A stretch of DNA of 64,000 nucleotides from Octopus bimaculoides (taxonomy: Eukaryota): positions 32,187,944 to 32,251,943 of the forward strand of contig NC_068983.1 of NCBI RefSeq assembly GCF_001194135.2, given 5' to 3'. The notes below the pieces were generated by a model. That model saw only the letters and a program-made list of their open reading frames with translations, was not told the origin of the DNA and did not search any database. Positions 25,707 through 38,089 of the stretch are shown here, in pieces; the first letter of the stretch is position 1, and each line of letters begins with the position of its first letter. The position numbers were made by a program, and so were the translations under genes.

Positions 25707-26987
25707 TTAGGTTCTCAAGAAAGTTCTTGCGGCTTTTAACCTTTAAATTCAGATGCACATATCTCAGCTCAAACAAAACTTTATTAATCAAAATAAACAC
25801 CATCAGAATCAACACACTTTTGCCAATATGAAACAAGTTTATTTATGCCAGTAGCGTAAAAATCCTGTGTTCTGGTGGTGATGAAGTCATTGAAAGTGTG
25901 TTTGGCATCGTCGTGGTTTTTGAAGCATTTCTCATGCAGCAAGTTGTCAAGATGCTTGAAAAAGTGGTAGTTGGTAGGCACGAGGTCTGGTGAGTATGAC
26001 AGATGAGGTAAAGTTTCGTAGCCCAATTCGTTCAACTTCTGCAGGGTCAGTTGTGCAACGTGCAGCCGAGCGTTGTCATGGAGAAGAATTGGCCCTTTTC
26101 TATTGACCAATGCTGGCTGTTGTTGTCAGAGTTTCTTATGCATTTCACCTATTTGCTGACAGTACTTCTTCGCCTGGATCCAAAAAGCTGTGATGTATGA
26201 GACTGACCGCAGACCACAAAACAGTCACCATGACCTTCTTTTGGTGCAACTTTGGCTTTGGGAAGTGCCGTGGAGCTTCATAGGCATCCAACCACTGAGC
26301 TGAGCATCGCCAGTTGTTGTAAAGAATTCACTTTTCATCGCAAGTCACAATCTGGTCGAGAAACGGGTTGTTCGTGTTGCGTAAAAGAAGGGAAGACAGC
26401 ACTTCAAAACGGCGTTGTTTTGGTTGTCGTTCAATTTGTGCAGCACCCATTTCTCAAGTATTTTTGTTTTTCCAATCTCTTTCAAGTGGTTGGAAATTGT
26501 CGTGTACATTACATCTAATTCAGAAGCAAGCTCTCGAACAGTTGTGCGTGGATTGACTTCGACTAAGGCTCTTAGTTGATCGTTGTCAACATTCGATGGG
26601 CAACCACTACACTTATCATCTTCAAGACTCTCGTCTTGAACCACCAATGGTGGTTCATGAAACTTCTTGAACCACCATTGTACAGTACGTTCATTAGTGG
26701 TTCCTGGGCTAAACACATTGTTGATATTGTGAGCTGTTTCAGCAGCTTGTCGGCCTAGCTTGAACTGGAATAAGAAAACTGTTTGAATTTGCTTTTTGTC
26801 CATTCAACATTCCGGAAAGAAAAATGGCCTAATTATTCAAAAAGAAAAAGAGTAACATGATTAGATAAGCAAAAAACAGGCTTTAAAATTATATATAAAG
26901 TCAAAGTAATTTAACAAAAATTAATTTGAAAATACATCATATAAAACCAAAATTAAAAATTCCGCAAGAACTTTCTTGACAACCTAA
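25707..26987 (-). mobile_element. Mariner DNA transposon (Hsmar1/SETMAR-like), disrupted transposase
   Basis: 26-bp TIRs ttaggtt(c/g)tcaagaaagttcttgcgg, TA TSD, 1281 bp. HTH ORF 26345-26803 (ETAHNIN...TVQWWFKKF, WVLHKL) and catalytic ORF 25784-26110 (LLHDNAR, YSPDLVPTNYHFF) are separated by frameshift or deletion. Confidence 0.92.
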
Positions 26988-27375
26988 TACATACACAGGT
27001 AATTATTTAGACTCTGGGTGTATGTTTAGTAGTATGCCAATTAGAACACTTTCACTATTTAGGCTACCTGATGTCATTCACAGTTATGATATAATTGTCA
27101 CTGGATCTATGTCAGGAATTCCACAGTGTTCATTGAGTTCATAATGAATGAGGGAAACAGCAAATGGATTTAGCAAAAATCTTTATTCAACACAGCAACT
27201 GTTTCGACCCATCCTGCATCTGTCCCTTGTGGGTAGGACATATAGTACATCTAGTTGTGTTGCATCAGACGTCTGACATAAATAAGTCATGTTACTACAT
27301 ATACTGAGATTTGCTTGACATGTTGTTGCCTGTAGAGTGTTGGTTACACTGGCAAAGGGCATATATATATATGGG

Positions 27376-27412
<37 letters not shown>

Positions 27413-27578
27413 GAATACTTCTAATTAATGTTATTTTAAGTAATAGGAAGATTTTATTTTTAAGAATGTCATGTTTGAATCTATTTTCTGTTGAGATATA
27501 TTAAGTTTACTGAGACATGACTTGCAGGAAAGTCCAATCCATACCAGCATGGAAAATGGATGTTAAACGATGATGATG

Positions 27579-27617
<39 letters not shown>

Positions 27618-27921
27618 CACACACATACACTGGTAAATGAACAAACAAAAGAAAGAGACACTCAATACATTTAGTAGGAGTTTCTATGCCGGCATGGGTT
27701 GGACAGTTTGACAGGACTGGCAAGCCAGAAGGCTGTACCAGGCTCTAATCTGATCTGGTAAGGTTTCTACAGCTGGATTCCCTTCTTAGCGCCAACCATT
27801 CTGAGAGTGTAGTGGGTGCTTTTTACATGCCACCAGTTTTGATTCAACTCCATATGACTTAAAACTTCGTAAGCTTCTTACACAAATCTTTCTCGTCAGG
27901 TTCATAATAATAATAATAATA

Positions 27922-28201
27922 GGCAATATGAAGAGCACAATGCAATTGCAATAGATATTTTATTGGTTGAACAATATTTTCACAGTTTGCCTGTCTTTGT
28001 TGAGTTCAAAATGAAAAGTGATACATAGAAATTCAAATTCAAAAATTGGAATGACATTATTAGTTTTCAATTGAAGACTGATGTCATTCTGTCAAAGTGG
28101 GGATGCTGGTTTTTTGCATTCAACAAAGACAGGCAAGCTGTCAAAATTTCGTTCAACCAATAAAATATGTATTGCAATCACATCACACTCTTCATATTGT
28201 C
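27922..28201. mobile_element. Foldback MITE
   Basis: Arms ggcaatatgaagag...ttttattggttgaac...tgcctgtctttgttg are mirrored at 28120-28201. Confidence 0.75.
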
Positions 28202-28269
28202 TATTTAACTTTGTGAAGAATTACGTCAATCCTTTAAAAATATAATAATAATACAAACATACACACATG

Positions 28270-28580
28270 TTGGTCTATACTGAGACAACCACTTGGGTAT
28301 TTCACATGGGTGTGATGGTCACACCCTCGATAGATTTAGAAAACAACTTATTTCTACCTTCAGTCAATTATGCCTTAAAATTACAGTAGCTACTAATCTG
28401 TCTATAGTTGATTTTTTAGATGTTTCCCTAAACCTGAACTCCCCCTTGTATAAGCTTTGCCATAAGCCTAATGAGAAACTTGCCTATATACATAAACAGT
28501 CTTCTCACCCTCCCACCTGTAATATTTAGAATCCTGCTAGCTAATATTATTAACAGAGTTAATAATATGTTTTCTAAATA
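28270..28580 (+). mobile_element. Penelope-like element RT fragment
   Basis: NLSIVDFLDVSLNLNSPLYKLCHKPNEKLAYIHKQSSHPP is the typical PLE RT C-terminal signature. Confidence 0.75.
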
Positions 28581-28599
28581 TCTGTAGTGATTGTCTTTG

Positions 28600-29050
28600 G
28601 GCTATTGAGGGAAATGAGATTGTCATGACCCAAGTAGAAAATGCTTTGAGATCTCTGTTCATGGAGTTAGTCAGTGTCTAGTGTGCATGTTAATGACACT
28701 TAGGTGCAGAACGTTAAAGAAAAATGAAGCCTAGTATAATCTGCATAGGATTGGCATCATTAGCAAGTAAGTTGTTGATGTACAAAAGGAAAAGTGTAGA
28801 GAAAAGAACTGAGTCCTAGAGTATAACTGAGTTGATAGTGGAAGGATCAGAGACAGCTCAATCAACACATCATAATGTTGTAATTGACAGGAAACCATCA
28901 ATCATAGAATTCAAAGATAAAGGAAGCATATAAGCAAACAGTTTCACTAGGAAAGCATAGTGTCAGAATCCTTTTGTATGCAGGTTGACATGTTGGTGTA
29001 TCTGATTACTTGATGATGACCCTAGTGAAATGGAAAGGGCGGTTTTGGAG
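28600..29050 (-). mobile_element. CR1/L2-type LINE RT fragment (similar copy at about 43550-43850)
   Basis: Degenerate motif (PQG.VLS.TLFLLYINNLL-like) in the reverse complement. Confidence 0.55.
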
Positions 29051-32000
29051 GAAGATTTTCAATCATGTGTATCTGGATGCAAAGCAGGCAGCAAATGTGG
29101 AAGTACTTCTTACAGAACCATCATGGTTATGAAGAAAAGGAGAATTTCACTATGTTGTAGGCTGTACAATGCATGGAGGCATCCTTCTTGGTTGGAATGA
29201 TGGTCTTGCAGAAGTGAAACTACAAAATAAAGTTGTCCAGATAGATCGTCTCCAAGTGTCATCAGCCAAGTTCTTTTCTCTTCATAAACACAGAGATGAT
29301 ATTTAGCCTTTATAATCAACAATATTTTTTCAATATTTGTGTACTTGTGCCTATACTGGAAATCAGAATGTCACACCAGATAAATGTGCCCTTGCTATTG
29401 TTGTCATGTAATCTTGTATGTTCAAGGGAGCCCCTATTCTGTTATTTTTCATCAGTATTTACTATCCACTATTGACCTGTTTGTTTGTTTCATTTTCTTA
29501 TTGTGTTTGCAATATTTGCATCTTTCGATAAAGCACAATAGAGGTAGGGTTAAGATGCTAGATGATCAACAACAACCACTGTGTTTGTGCTACAGGATAA
29601 AGTTCATAACTCTTTTTGCTGCAATTAGTCTGGCTACCAGACAGGTTCCTTTCCAGCTGTTTGAAAAAAAACATCCAAATAGTATGCAAAATTTTAATTT
29701 CAAATACCATTTTACCTGTACTAGTATTAAAACAAAAAACAAAAAAAAAACAGTTGTAAGGAAATAAACAGAAATTTGAAAATTTCAGGGCAGATTAAAT
29801 TTAAGTAGATTTATTATTTGGATCTCTTCAATACTTGCATATGTATACAATACAGAAAATACTATGAAAGATAACATAGATGATAGAATCTCTCATACAT
29901 GCTAATCAGTTATGCTTTTTATTTGTTTTTGTTTTTGTTTTTTTCCTTTACAATAACCAGTGTTATCATGGTAATATTTATTAGTGACAGTCATGTTTAA
30001 TATTGATTTCTTACACCACAGACACAAGGCCTCAGCTTTACAGAGAAGAATAATAATGAGATCATGTGATATTCATTTTAACAGTCTTGGAGGCATATGT
30101 CTACACTTGGGAATTAAAACTGACTGCAGACTTAGGTTCTCTTAGAATATATTCTAATATATAATACTCACTATTGTTTAATGCTGCTTTTTAAAAATTT
30201 TTACCAGGCACAAAGGCCTTATATTTTAGGTAGACAATGCAATGTTAATTTATGACATAACATTAACAAGTTTTAGAGCATTACTGTTTTCAATACATAA
30301 AGTATATTTGTTTTTTTTTTCTCTTTTGTTTCAGCAATTATTTTTACAATTATTTTCCTCTTTTATAATTATCATAAAAAATATACTGATTGAACAATTT
30401 ATACTTTTTCAAAACACCACATTATAGATAAACAATCATATGGTAGCTAAAAAATGCAAAAAAAAAAAAAAAACCTCTCTCTCTCTCTCCCTAAAGAAAA
30501 AAAGAAAAGGGATATAAGAAAAATACTCATAAAGGAAACACAACGAACATAATGACAAAAGAGAGAGAAAATATGGTTTAATATGTTGCTGTTGCAAAGT
30601 ACTGTAAGTGATTTTTAAGGAGAAAATATATATCACAGAAACACACCCTCTGGCAAAAGGTGCAATATCACCTGTCATCTTGTTCCACTCATTCCTTCCA
30701 TGCATTTTCAAACAAACATTTGCACTTGGAATTAAACCTGAATAAATAACTTGCAGACATTCATTCATTTATTTATCACTGAGAATATTCAAAAGCACAA
30801 ATTGAAATTGACAGATGCAAAGCATGCTTAAAACTAAACTCTGTGTGTGTGTGTGAGTGAGTGAGTGAGAGTGTGTGTGTAAACATATATACACACACAC
30901 ACACACATATATATGATGGTAGTCTCTTGCTGAACAACCTGCACAGATGATTCGTTTATAGTGATGAGATGTTTGTGCTGTACATTAGCTCACTCCATCC
31001 AAGCTGACCTTGCCTTTACAGGTGCACAAGTGTGCCACATGTCAGGTGTCAAAAAGTTTTGCTCAAGAATACAATGCACCACCTGATCAAGGAATTGAAA
31101 CCATGATCTCGTGATTGTGAGTGCAATACCCAAACCACTAGGCCACACACCCTCATATACATACATACATATATATACACACATACACATATTTACATCA
31201 TAAGAATTTAGAAACTTCAAGAGATCTTAAATAATTCTTTTGGAATAGTGATACTTGAAGCATACAAAGCTATAAATAATAATGTGTAATTATTGGGTTA
31301 AAAAGCCTTTAGTATGTGTGCATGTACACACACACAGAAAATGGGAGAAAGAGATAGATATATTACTATTAATTTATTCGTGATCTAATGTAGATAAACA
31401 GAGTCAATCACTTGGGTTTTCTTCTATCAGTTATCTGAGTTATCTATCAACTGGTGGTCAGCTTCATTGATTTCTTTCAAGAAGAGGAGCTAAAACAGTT
31501 GATAACAACAGACCTAAGAATTGACTGGTACTTATTTTATCAATCCCACAATGATGTGAAATTGAACTCAGAGGAAAGAACCCTAACTAAATACCAGAAG
31601 ATATTTTCTTTGATCCACTAATGGTTCCACTACTCTCTCTATATATATATATTCATTTGAAAACTGAAACTATATTCTGTTATTACTCTCACTTATCTAT
31701 TCTGTACACATTCTTCACCATGAGTGTTGAGAAATTTTTAACTGGATACAATAGTTTATTTACCCTCTTTTCCTTACTATTTGTCATTAGTCAAGTGGAG
31801 CATCTTGGCAAAAATAACTGCAATAATTAAATGTTGCCTAGAGTGATCCAGCAACAATCAGATCCTGCTAGACACTGGGATTCTATATTATCTACAATTA
31901 GAAAAGATTCCTTAATTCTCTGTGCCTCACATTTGGAAGTTTATATGAAATCATCTTGGAATGTTAACTTTGAGAAACTTGTGTCTTAACCAAGGACAGG

Positions 32001-32066
32001 GAAAGATTTTACTTCCCTTCATCATATGCAACTGGACTGGAAGTTAATCATCAGTCTCATTTGTTG

Positions 32067-32142
32067 CTACTGTTTTACAGAAATATTTCTTCTTGGTGCA
32101 TAAGGTGGAGGTTTTTGTGGATGGACCTGTTCAGGATTGTAC
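32067..32142 (-). CDS. Candidate terminal coding exon with PPxY motif, unidentified gene
   Basis: Acceptor tttgcatattgcaaacag, then G TAC AAT ... TAG = YNPEQVHPQKPPPYAPRRNISVKQ*. No partner exon identified. Confidence 0.3.
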
Positions 32143-32665
32143 CTGTTTGCAATATGCAAATACATACACTCTCACGCACACACACATTACTCACACAAAA
32201 AGATTTTGCTCATTTTGTTTAAAAGAAAAGATACTTGTATTTCTTCATGGTTTACAATGTAGGGTAGAATATATTAATCATAACTCATGATGTAAAGTAT
32301 TTCATAGTTGAAATAAATTCACAAGCTATAAAAGAAGTTGAAAATCACATAAAGGAACTGAACAATTAAGCTAAATTCTCAGCAGTTGAAACCTATATAT
32401 CAACTATTGGAACAAATAGACACTTCTGTTGCAAGTACACAGTGCAATAATGCAATCAGGTCTATGTCGAGCAATGATGTGTGAATATGAAAGAAGAAAA
32501 AAAAGATGAATTTTTAAAATAAATAGCGAAATTGAATGAATTTCATATATTCAGAATTTTGTTTCATAAATGTTTTTGATTAAAGATCTTATTTTTTTTT
32601 TTCAATTACCAATACTTGACAACAGTGCTCAGATAGCATATATATTCCAAAAAAAAGTCAAGAGT

Positions 32666-35600
32666 TTAAGTAGCATATGTATTCTGAAGATTTTTATAGC
32701 GTTCATGTTGATTTTCAGATACAGATGGAACTAGATTTCCTAAAGCTTCCAAAAAATCAGTCTCTTCAACAGTTATTTTGGATGTATCTACATCACGACC
32801 AACTTCTAACTTTTGAATGATCTTTTTTGTGGCATTCATCCAAGCATCTGATGCTAAGGCATAAAAATCAGCGCCAGTCAAATCTGTATCACATTTGTCC
32901 ACAATAGACTTCAGTGAGAAATTACCAAGTTTGAATTTCCTTGTAACAGCTTGAAGTATTTTTAGTTGTGACTCTTTGCTTTTGCAAACACCCATATAAA
33001 GAACTTTGTCAAATCTGCCAGGTCGCAGCAGTGCAGGATCCAGTAAATCAACACGATTTGTTGCACCAATAACAAATACATTATTTGACTTGTGTAATCC
33101 ATCAAGCTCAGCAAGTAACTGTGAAACGATACGGTCCATTACACCACCAGTATCTCCACTGCGACCCCTATTGGGGGCTAATGAGTCAAGTTCATCAAAA
33201 AAGATAACACATGGTGCAGCATCACGAGCTTGTTGGAATACTTTGCGTACATTTTCTTCACTTTGTCCAACATATTTGTTCATAAGTTCAGGTCCTCTGA
33301 CACTGAAAAAATTCAAAGAACATTCTGTTGCAACAGCTTTGGCAATCAATGTTTTTCCTGTCCCTGGTGGACCATGTAAGAGTATTCCAGAACGTCTCAG
33401 ACCAGCAGCTAGAAGTTCAGGACGCAGAAGAGGCAACTGAATTGTGTCTAAAATCTCTTGTTTTACATCACTTAGACCACCGATATCTTCCCATTTAACT
33501 TTGGGAATTTTAGGTGTTCCTAATTCATCTGCTTGTGAGGCCTGTAAACTATCAAGTGCATTTTCAAAATCACAATGTTGTATGACTACACCTGAAGTAC
33601 AAAGATCGTTATGTGTCTCATGCCATTTTTTGTCTTTAATTCCCACAAAATCAGTCACTCGTTTGTAGGCTTCCGCTTGTGCCCTTTTCACCAGATCAAC
33701 TATATCCCCTAACACATAGCCTGCAGTACGCCGACTGATGTAAGTTGATGATACATCACCAGAAAAGTATACATCTTCTGTCAAATTAGTGAATATAATT
33801 GCACGTTCAGCTTCAGAAGGAACTTGCATTTTCATATGATGTAGAAATCCCTCTGGAATATTAGGTTGCAATTCTTGTATATTTTCAGTGGTCCCAATAA
33901 TCAACATAGGATAATCTAAAGCATATCGCTTAGCTTGCTGCAGAATATCGACAAAAAACGTACCTATCTTCATATCAATGCTATGCTTTTCTGAGCGACC
34001 CAAAAATTCCAAGTTTTTCAATACTAGAATGCATGGGGAATATTCTTTTGCCGTCCGAACAATATTTTTAATTTTCTCAATCATAGTAAATGGTGACATA
34101 CTGCTGAGATCTTGACAGCTTACTTTGATGACCTGCAGACATAATGTTCTTGCCACGGCATCAATTACAGTTGTCTTGCCAACACCACTAGGACCAGATA
34201 TTAATATAGTGGGAGATAGAATTTCTTGAACTTTTGCATCTAGTGTGTCATTAAGAAATGGTAAAATCAATCTTAACAAGTTTTCCACATAAGATTCCAG
34301 TCCAGCAGGTTTAGACTGACACCAGTAAGGGGGTGAGTCATTGAGGAGATAAGGTACAAAGCTATGGGCAGTATAATTTTCTTTGAGACTTGTAGTTGTA
34401 TGTTTTGGATGTACAAGATGTCTATCACCATGTTCAAGGTTTGGTTTGATATTCTCAACCTTAAGATAGAAAATCGAACTCTTTTCAAAGGAAAGATCTG
34501 TTTGGGAGAGGCTATTATTTTTTATTTTTATGCAGAAAATATCACCTTTTTCCATTAGACGAGGATATGTAAAATATTTTTCAAGTTCCTTTGAAGGTAA
34601 ATCCTCACTACCAGGTGTTTTAATTAGGCTGAAAATGACCTTTTTGGCAATCACTATATTCCAGAGTTTCAAATTATCTAAAAAGGAATCGTTTGTTTGC
34701 TTTCCATTAACATTTTGTAGTTTCTTAATGACAATTGCTACACTTGTAGTGGGGAGGTGCTGTGGAGGTACTTGTATATTGAACAGCAGAATTGGAGAAA
34801 TGAAAGCAAAGCGAGATTTATCATACCTTCTTCCTAGACACTTCACCATTGCCATCTTGGAGCGAACAATTGTGGTCCTTTTTGGAGAAGATTCAAAGTC
34901 ATTTTCAAATATATCATCTTTTTCTCGGAAAAGTTCGACTTTGTTCCCAATACAATACACTTCAACAATACTACTGTCAAATAGTTTGTTGGCTAACATC
35001 AATTTTCGAGACATGCATATAATATAGTTTGGATCAAATTCTTGATCTGAATCAGTTCGTATCATCACATCTCTGAGTCTCTTATCACCAACAATTTTTG
35101 CAGGTACCATTATATTGGTATCTAAACTGTTGTCTTTAGGTTTTTTGCTCCACGGACAGAAGGTTGAGAAGAATAAACTGTCTTTAGACAAACAATCCAT
35201 GCGAGACTTGCGGGGATTTGAAGCACTAGTTTCCTCATGTATAGTAAATATTTCAGTTTTAGCTGTTAGTAGACCCTGTCTAAAGGGACAACATTCAGTG
35301 ACCACAATATGTTGAAAGTAGTTCGGTACTGAAGAATTAAGCTTTCCAGGAACCCATAATGCAAGGAACAAATCATTGGTCCGCACCAAAACACCATGTT
35401 TACATACTTGCAAAAGAAGATGACGAAAATCCAAGTTTTTTAATGCCTTATACGTATCTAAATCCTTAACAGACAATATAACTTTCTCCAGAGGAAAGGG
35501 TATTATCCTTCTGAAAACTATATTCTGTGATGGTTCCCAACCATAGTGTTGTAAAAACTGGTTAGTGCAATATAGATAGACTTTAGAGTTGATTAGGTTT

Positions 35601-36004
35601 GATTTTTCATCTACTTCACTACCTTCGTCCAGCTCCCGATTTGTCGGGAATGGAGGGGGAACCAGGGTTTCATCAATAAACACGACACATACTAAATTAG
35701 TGTCTTCATCAACTTTAGGCTCAATATCTTGATCGTCAGGAAGGGTGAAATAAAGGCCCCCTACTGGTAAAGTGCTCTTCCGCACTTCAGGACGTCGGAA
35801 AGCAATGAAAAAATATTCACAATCATTTTCTAATGACAGAATTGATGATGCAGTTTTTTTATCGACATTCAAATGAAGTGGGTGTTTCGTTAAAAAGGAT
35901 TCATCTACGCCCTCGACATTAGTGTTGTTTTGTTGTGGTGGTTTATCCTCCCGAGTAGCAAATTCACCGAGATACGATGATTGATACATATTTTTTATAA
36001 TCAT
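32666..36004 (-). CDS. PEX6: Peroxisome biogenesis AAA+ ATPase PEX6, uninterrupted CDS (1112 aa)
   Basis: D1 Walker A GPSGVGKT with degenerate Walker B (LVLKNLE). D2 has GPPGTGKTLIAKAVATEC, GPELMNKYVGQSEENVR, VIFFDELDSLAPNRGRSGDTGGVMDRIVSQLLAELDGL and GADFYAL, which are PEX6-type signatures. Long N-domain. Confidence 0.96.
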   Translation of the reverse strand: MIIKNMYQSSYLGEFATREDKPPQQNNTNVEGVDESFLTKHPLHLNVDKKTASSILSLENDCEYFFIAFRRPEVRKSTLPVGGLYFTLPDDQDIEPKVDEDTNLVCVVFIDETLVPPPFPTNRELDEGSEVDEKSNLINSKVYLYCTNQFLQHYGWEPSQNIVFRRIIPFPLEKVILSVKDLDTYKALKNLDFRHLLLQVCKHGVLVRTNDLFLALWVPGKLNSSVPNYFQHIVVTECCPFRQGLLTAKTEIFTIHEETSASNPRKSRMDCLSKDSLFFSTFCPWSKKPKDNSLDTNIMVPAKIVGDKRLRDVMIRTDSDQEFDPNYIICMSRKLMLANKLFDSSIVEVYCIGNKVELFREKDDIFENDFESSPKRTTIVRSKMAMVKCLGRRYDKSRFAFISPILLFNIQVPPQHLPTTSVAIVIKKLQNVNGKQTNDSFLDNLKLWNIVIAKKVIFSLIKTPGSEDLPSKELEKYFTYPRLMEKGDIFCIKIKNNSLSQTDLSFEKSSIFYLKVENIKPNLEHGDRHLVHPKHTTTSLKENYTAHSFVPYLLNDSPPYWCQSKPAGLESYVENLLRLILPFLNDTLDAKVQEILSPTILISGPSGVGKTTVIDAVARTLCLQVIKVSCQDLSSMSPFTMIEKIKNIVRTAKEYSPCILVLKNLEFLGRSEKHSIDMKIGTFFVDILQQAKRYALDYPMLIIGTTENIQELQPNIPEGFLHHMKMQVPSEAERAIIFTNLTEDVYFSGDVSSTYISRRTAGYVLGDIVDLVKRAQAEAYKRVTDFVGIKDKKWHETHNDLCTSGVVIQHCDFENALDSLQASQADELGTPKIPKVKWEDIGGLSDVKQEILDTIQLPLLRPELLAAGLRRSGILLHGPPGTGKTLIAKAVATECSLNFFSVRGPELMNKYVGQSEENVRKVFQQARDAAPCVIFFDELDSLAPNRGRSGDTGGVMDRIVSQLLAELDGLHKSNNVFVIGATNRVDLLDPALLRPGRFDKVLYMGVCKSKESQLKILQAVTRKFKLGNFSLKSIVDKCDTDLTGADFYALASDAWMNATKKIIQKLEVGRDVDTSKITVEETDFLEALGNLVPSVSENQHERYKNLQNTYAT

Positions 36005-36007
36005 ATC

Positions 36008-36071
36008 CTTGATTAATTAAAAATTTAAATATGCAAAACAAAAGAAACATTTAAATTTTGCATTCTCTCAC
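36008..36071 (-). other. PEX6: 64-nt 5'UTR intron of PEX6
   Basis: Minus strand gaag|GTGAG...ttaatcaAG|gatATG places the acceptor 3 nt before the start codon. Confidence 0.55.
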
Positions 36072-36469
36072 CTTCAGATCCATTTCTGGTAAGGACTTGA
36101 CATAAGCAAATTTATTTTCGATTCGTAAAAAGATGACGCAAAAAAAGGAGAGTTACCTCCTCTTAGTTAAGTTGTTTTGTCGCTAGAGTGCATCATAGTC
36201 TGTAATGTTTTTGTAATCTTTTAATTACTTTTCTGAATTACTATTTTACTAATGTTAGGAAATTAAATTCGTATTTTTTATTCTACTCCCAAAATTACAT
36301 CTAAAATCTCCATTCTTTGAAAACAAAATTTTAACTGGTGAATTCGGTTGTATTTTCAGTCTGCAAGCTTACTGCGAAATAAACTTAAAAGTTTACCTCT
36401 AATCTATATTTTGATAATTAATCGTAATAGTTATTATTAATTTTTTTTACGTGTGTCTTATTTATTAAT

Positions 36470-36791
36470 TTTTTTTTACGGAATCCCACGTTTTAGGCTA
36501 TGGAGATTCCGATTCTGAAAAAAAAGTTTTTGAAAAATTTCACCCCCCCCCCCTACCAAGCAGGCTATTTACATGCTAGAAATAACAGCCAAATCTCACA
36601 AAACTAGTGTTCGGGTTAGGTTTAGGGTTAGGGTTACGGTCAGGGTTAGGGTTAGGGTTAGGGTTTGAGTTAGGGTTAGGTTTACCCTGTGGATCTATAT
36701 AAAAACCGGGGGCGGGGATCGAAATTTTTGAAAATCTTTTTTCAGAATCGGAATCTCCATAGCCTAAAACGTGGGATTCCGTAAAAAAAAA
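36470..36791. mobile_element. Foldback MITE with central (TTAGGG)n tract
   Basis: About 70-bp TIRs ttttttttacggaatcccacgttttaggctatggagattccgattctgaaaaaa; telomere-like array at 36613-36683. Confidence 0.85.
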
Positions 36792-36893
36792 AATAAAACA
36801 AGGGGGGAAAAGTTCAGATTACATATAGTCCATCTGGACCTAAAAGAGAAACCGTGTAGCTAATGCTTTATTTTTAACGTAAATTGATATTAG

Positions 36894-37144
36894 GGTACTA
36901 GTGGGATACAAGGGTCCCAAAATATTGACTTAACGATACAAGGGGGCCGACGTGGGTCCCGAAATATTGACTTAACGATACAATAAAATAAACATATTTA
37001 GTCTATTGTTTTATAATTATTTCTAACATATATCACTATAAAATGAACAAATATAATAAATTTTGTAAAAAAACAAGATTAAAAACAATTAAGAATTCAC
37101 ATATATTGTCGGACCCATGTAGACCCTTGTATACCACTAGTACC
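36894..37144. mobile_element. GG-terminated MITE with 8-bp TSD (7/8)
   Basis: TIR ggtactagtgggatacaagggtc / gacccttgtataccactagtacc; flanks gatattag / gatatcag. Internal tandem duplication of ggtccc.aaatattgacttaacgatacaa. Confidence 0.75.
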
Positions 37145-37179
37145 GATATCAGTCTACATGAAATTTACGAAAAAAATAT

Positions 37180-37495
37180 TTACTACTTTTGTTTCAGTCG
37201 TTAGACTGCGGCCATGCTGGGACACCTCCTTCAAGAATTTTTAGTCAAATGAATCGATTCAATACTTTCTTGTTTTTTTTTTTTCCTGGTACTTATTCTA
37301 GCGGTCTGTTTTGCCGAACTGCTCGTTACATGGACGTAAACACACTAACACCGGTTGTCATGCAGTGGTGGGAGACAAAGACACACACGACGGGCTTCTT
37401 TCAGATTCCATGTACCAAATCCACTGACAAGGCTTTGGTTGGTCTGAGGCTATAGTAGAAGACACTTGCCCAGAACCATGTGACTGGGAAGCCTG
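37180..37495 (-). mobile_element. tRNA-derived SINE
   Basis: Same family as 3517-3868. Confidence 0.75.
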
Positions 37496-37644
37496 TGCCT
37501 AGCTATAATTTTTAAAAGTTTTTAATAATTAAAGTATTGATACAGCGGTGTGTGGATTAATTGAATAAGTTCATTTACCTATGTTAAACATACATCCAGC
37601 TTCACTATGTAAACAGACTTTATAACTAACCTATATATATATAT

Positions 37645-37840
37645 AAGAAAAATAAGAAAATGGAGATACATCAATTAATAAATATATTTATTAACTGCAA
37701 AAATAAACATGATCTCTAAGAGTTGTTTTGATTCATACTTTAAAGATTATAATTGTAATAATTAAACCATTATATAAAGCAGAATCTAAGTATATAAATA
37801 TACCTATTAATTGATGTATCTCCATTTTCTTATTTTTCTT
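37645..37840. repeat. AT-rich foldback
   Basis: aagaaaaataagaaaatggagatacatcaattaata is inverted exactly at 37805-37840. Confidence 0.75.
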
Positions 37841-38089
37841 CAATAAATATAAACCTTGGTTTATCTAATTACCTATTATTCATGAGTATTATAATTAATA
37901 TTCACAACAAATACTCGGTAATGAACCAGTAATTCATTTGATATTACCATCCCTTAATGAAGCTTATCCAATCTCTAATTAAACTTTCTAACTTTCTTTA
38001 TATGTATGTGTGTGTGTGTGTGTATCTATGTGTGTGTGTATGTATGTATGCATGTATGTATGTATGTCCTTAGGTAAATGACCCAGACA

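Noticed and set aside
33006-35315. ORFs overlapping PEX6 (33006, 33444, 34364, 34530, 35115 on plus; 34273 in another minus frame)
   Set aside because: Shadow frames of a long coding sequence with no independent signals.
36613-36683. (TTAGGG)n as a true telomere or fusion site
   Set aside because: It is short, degenerate and enclosed by TIRs, so it is internal to a MITE.
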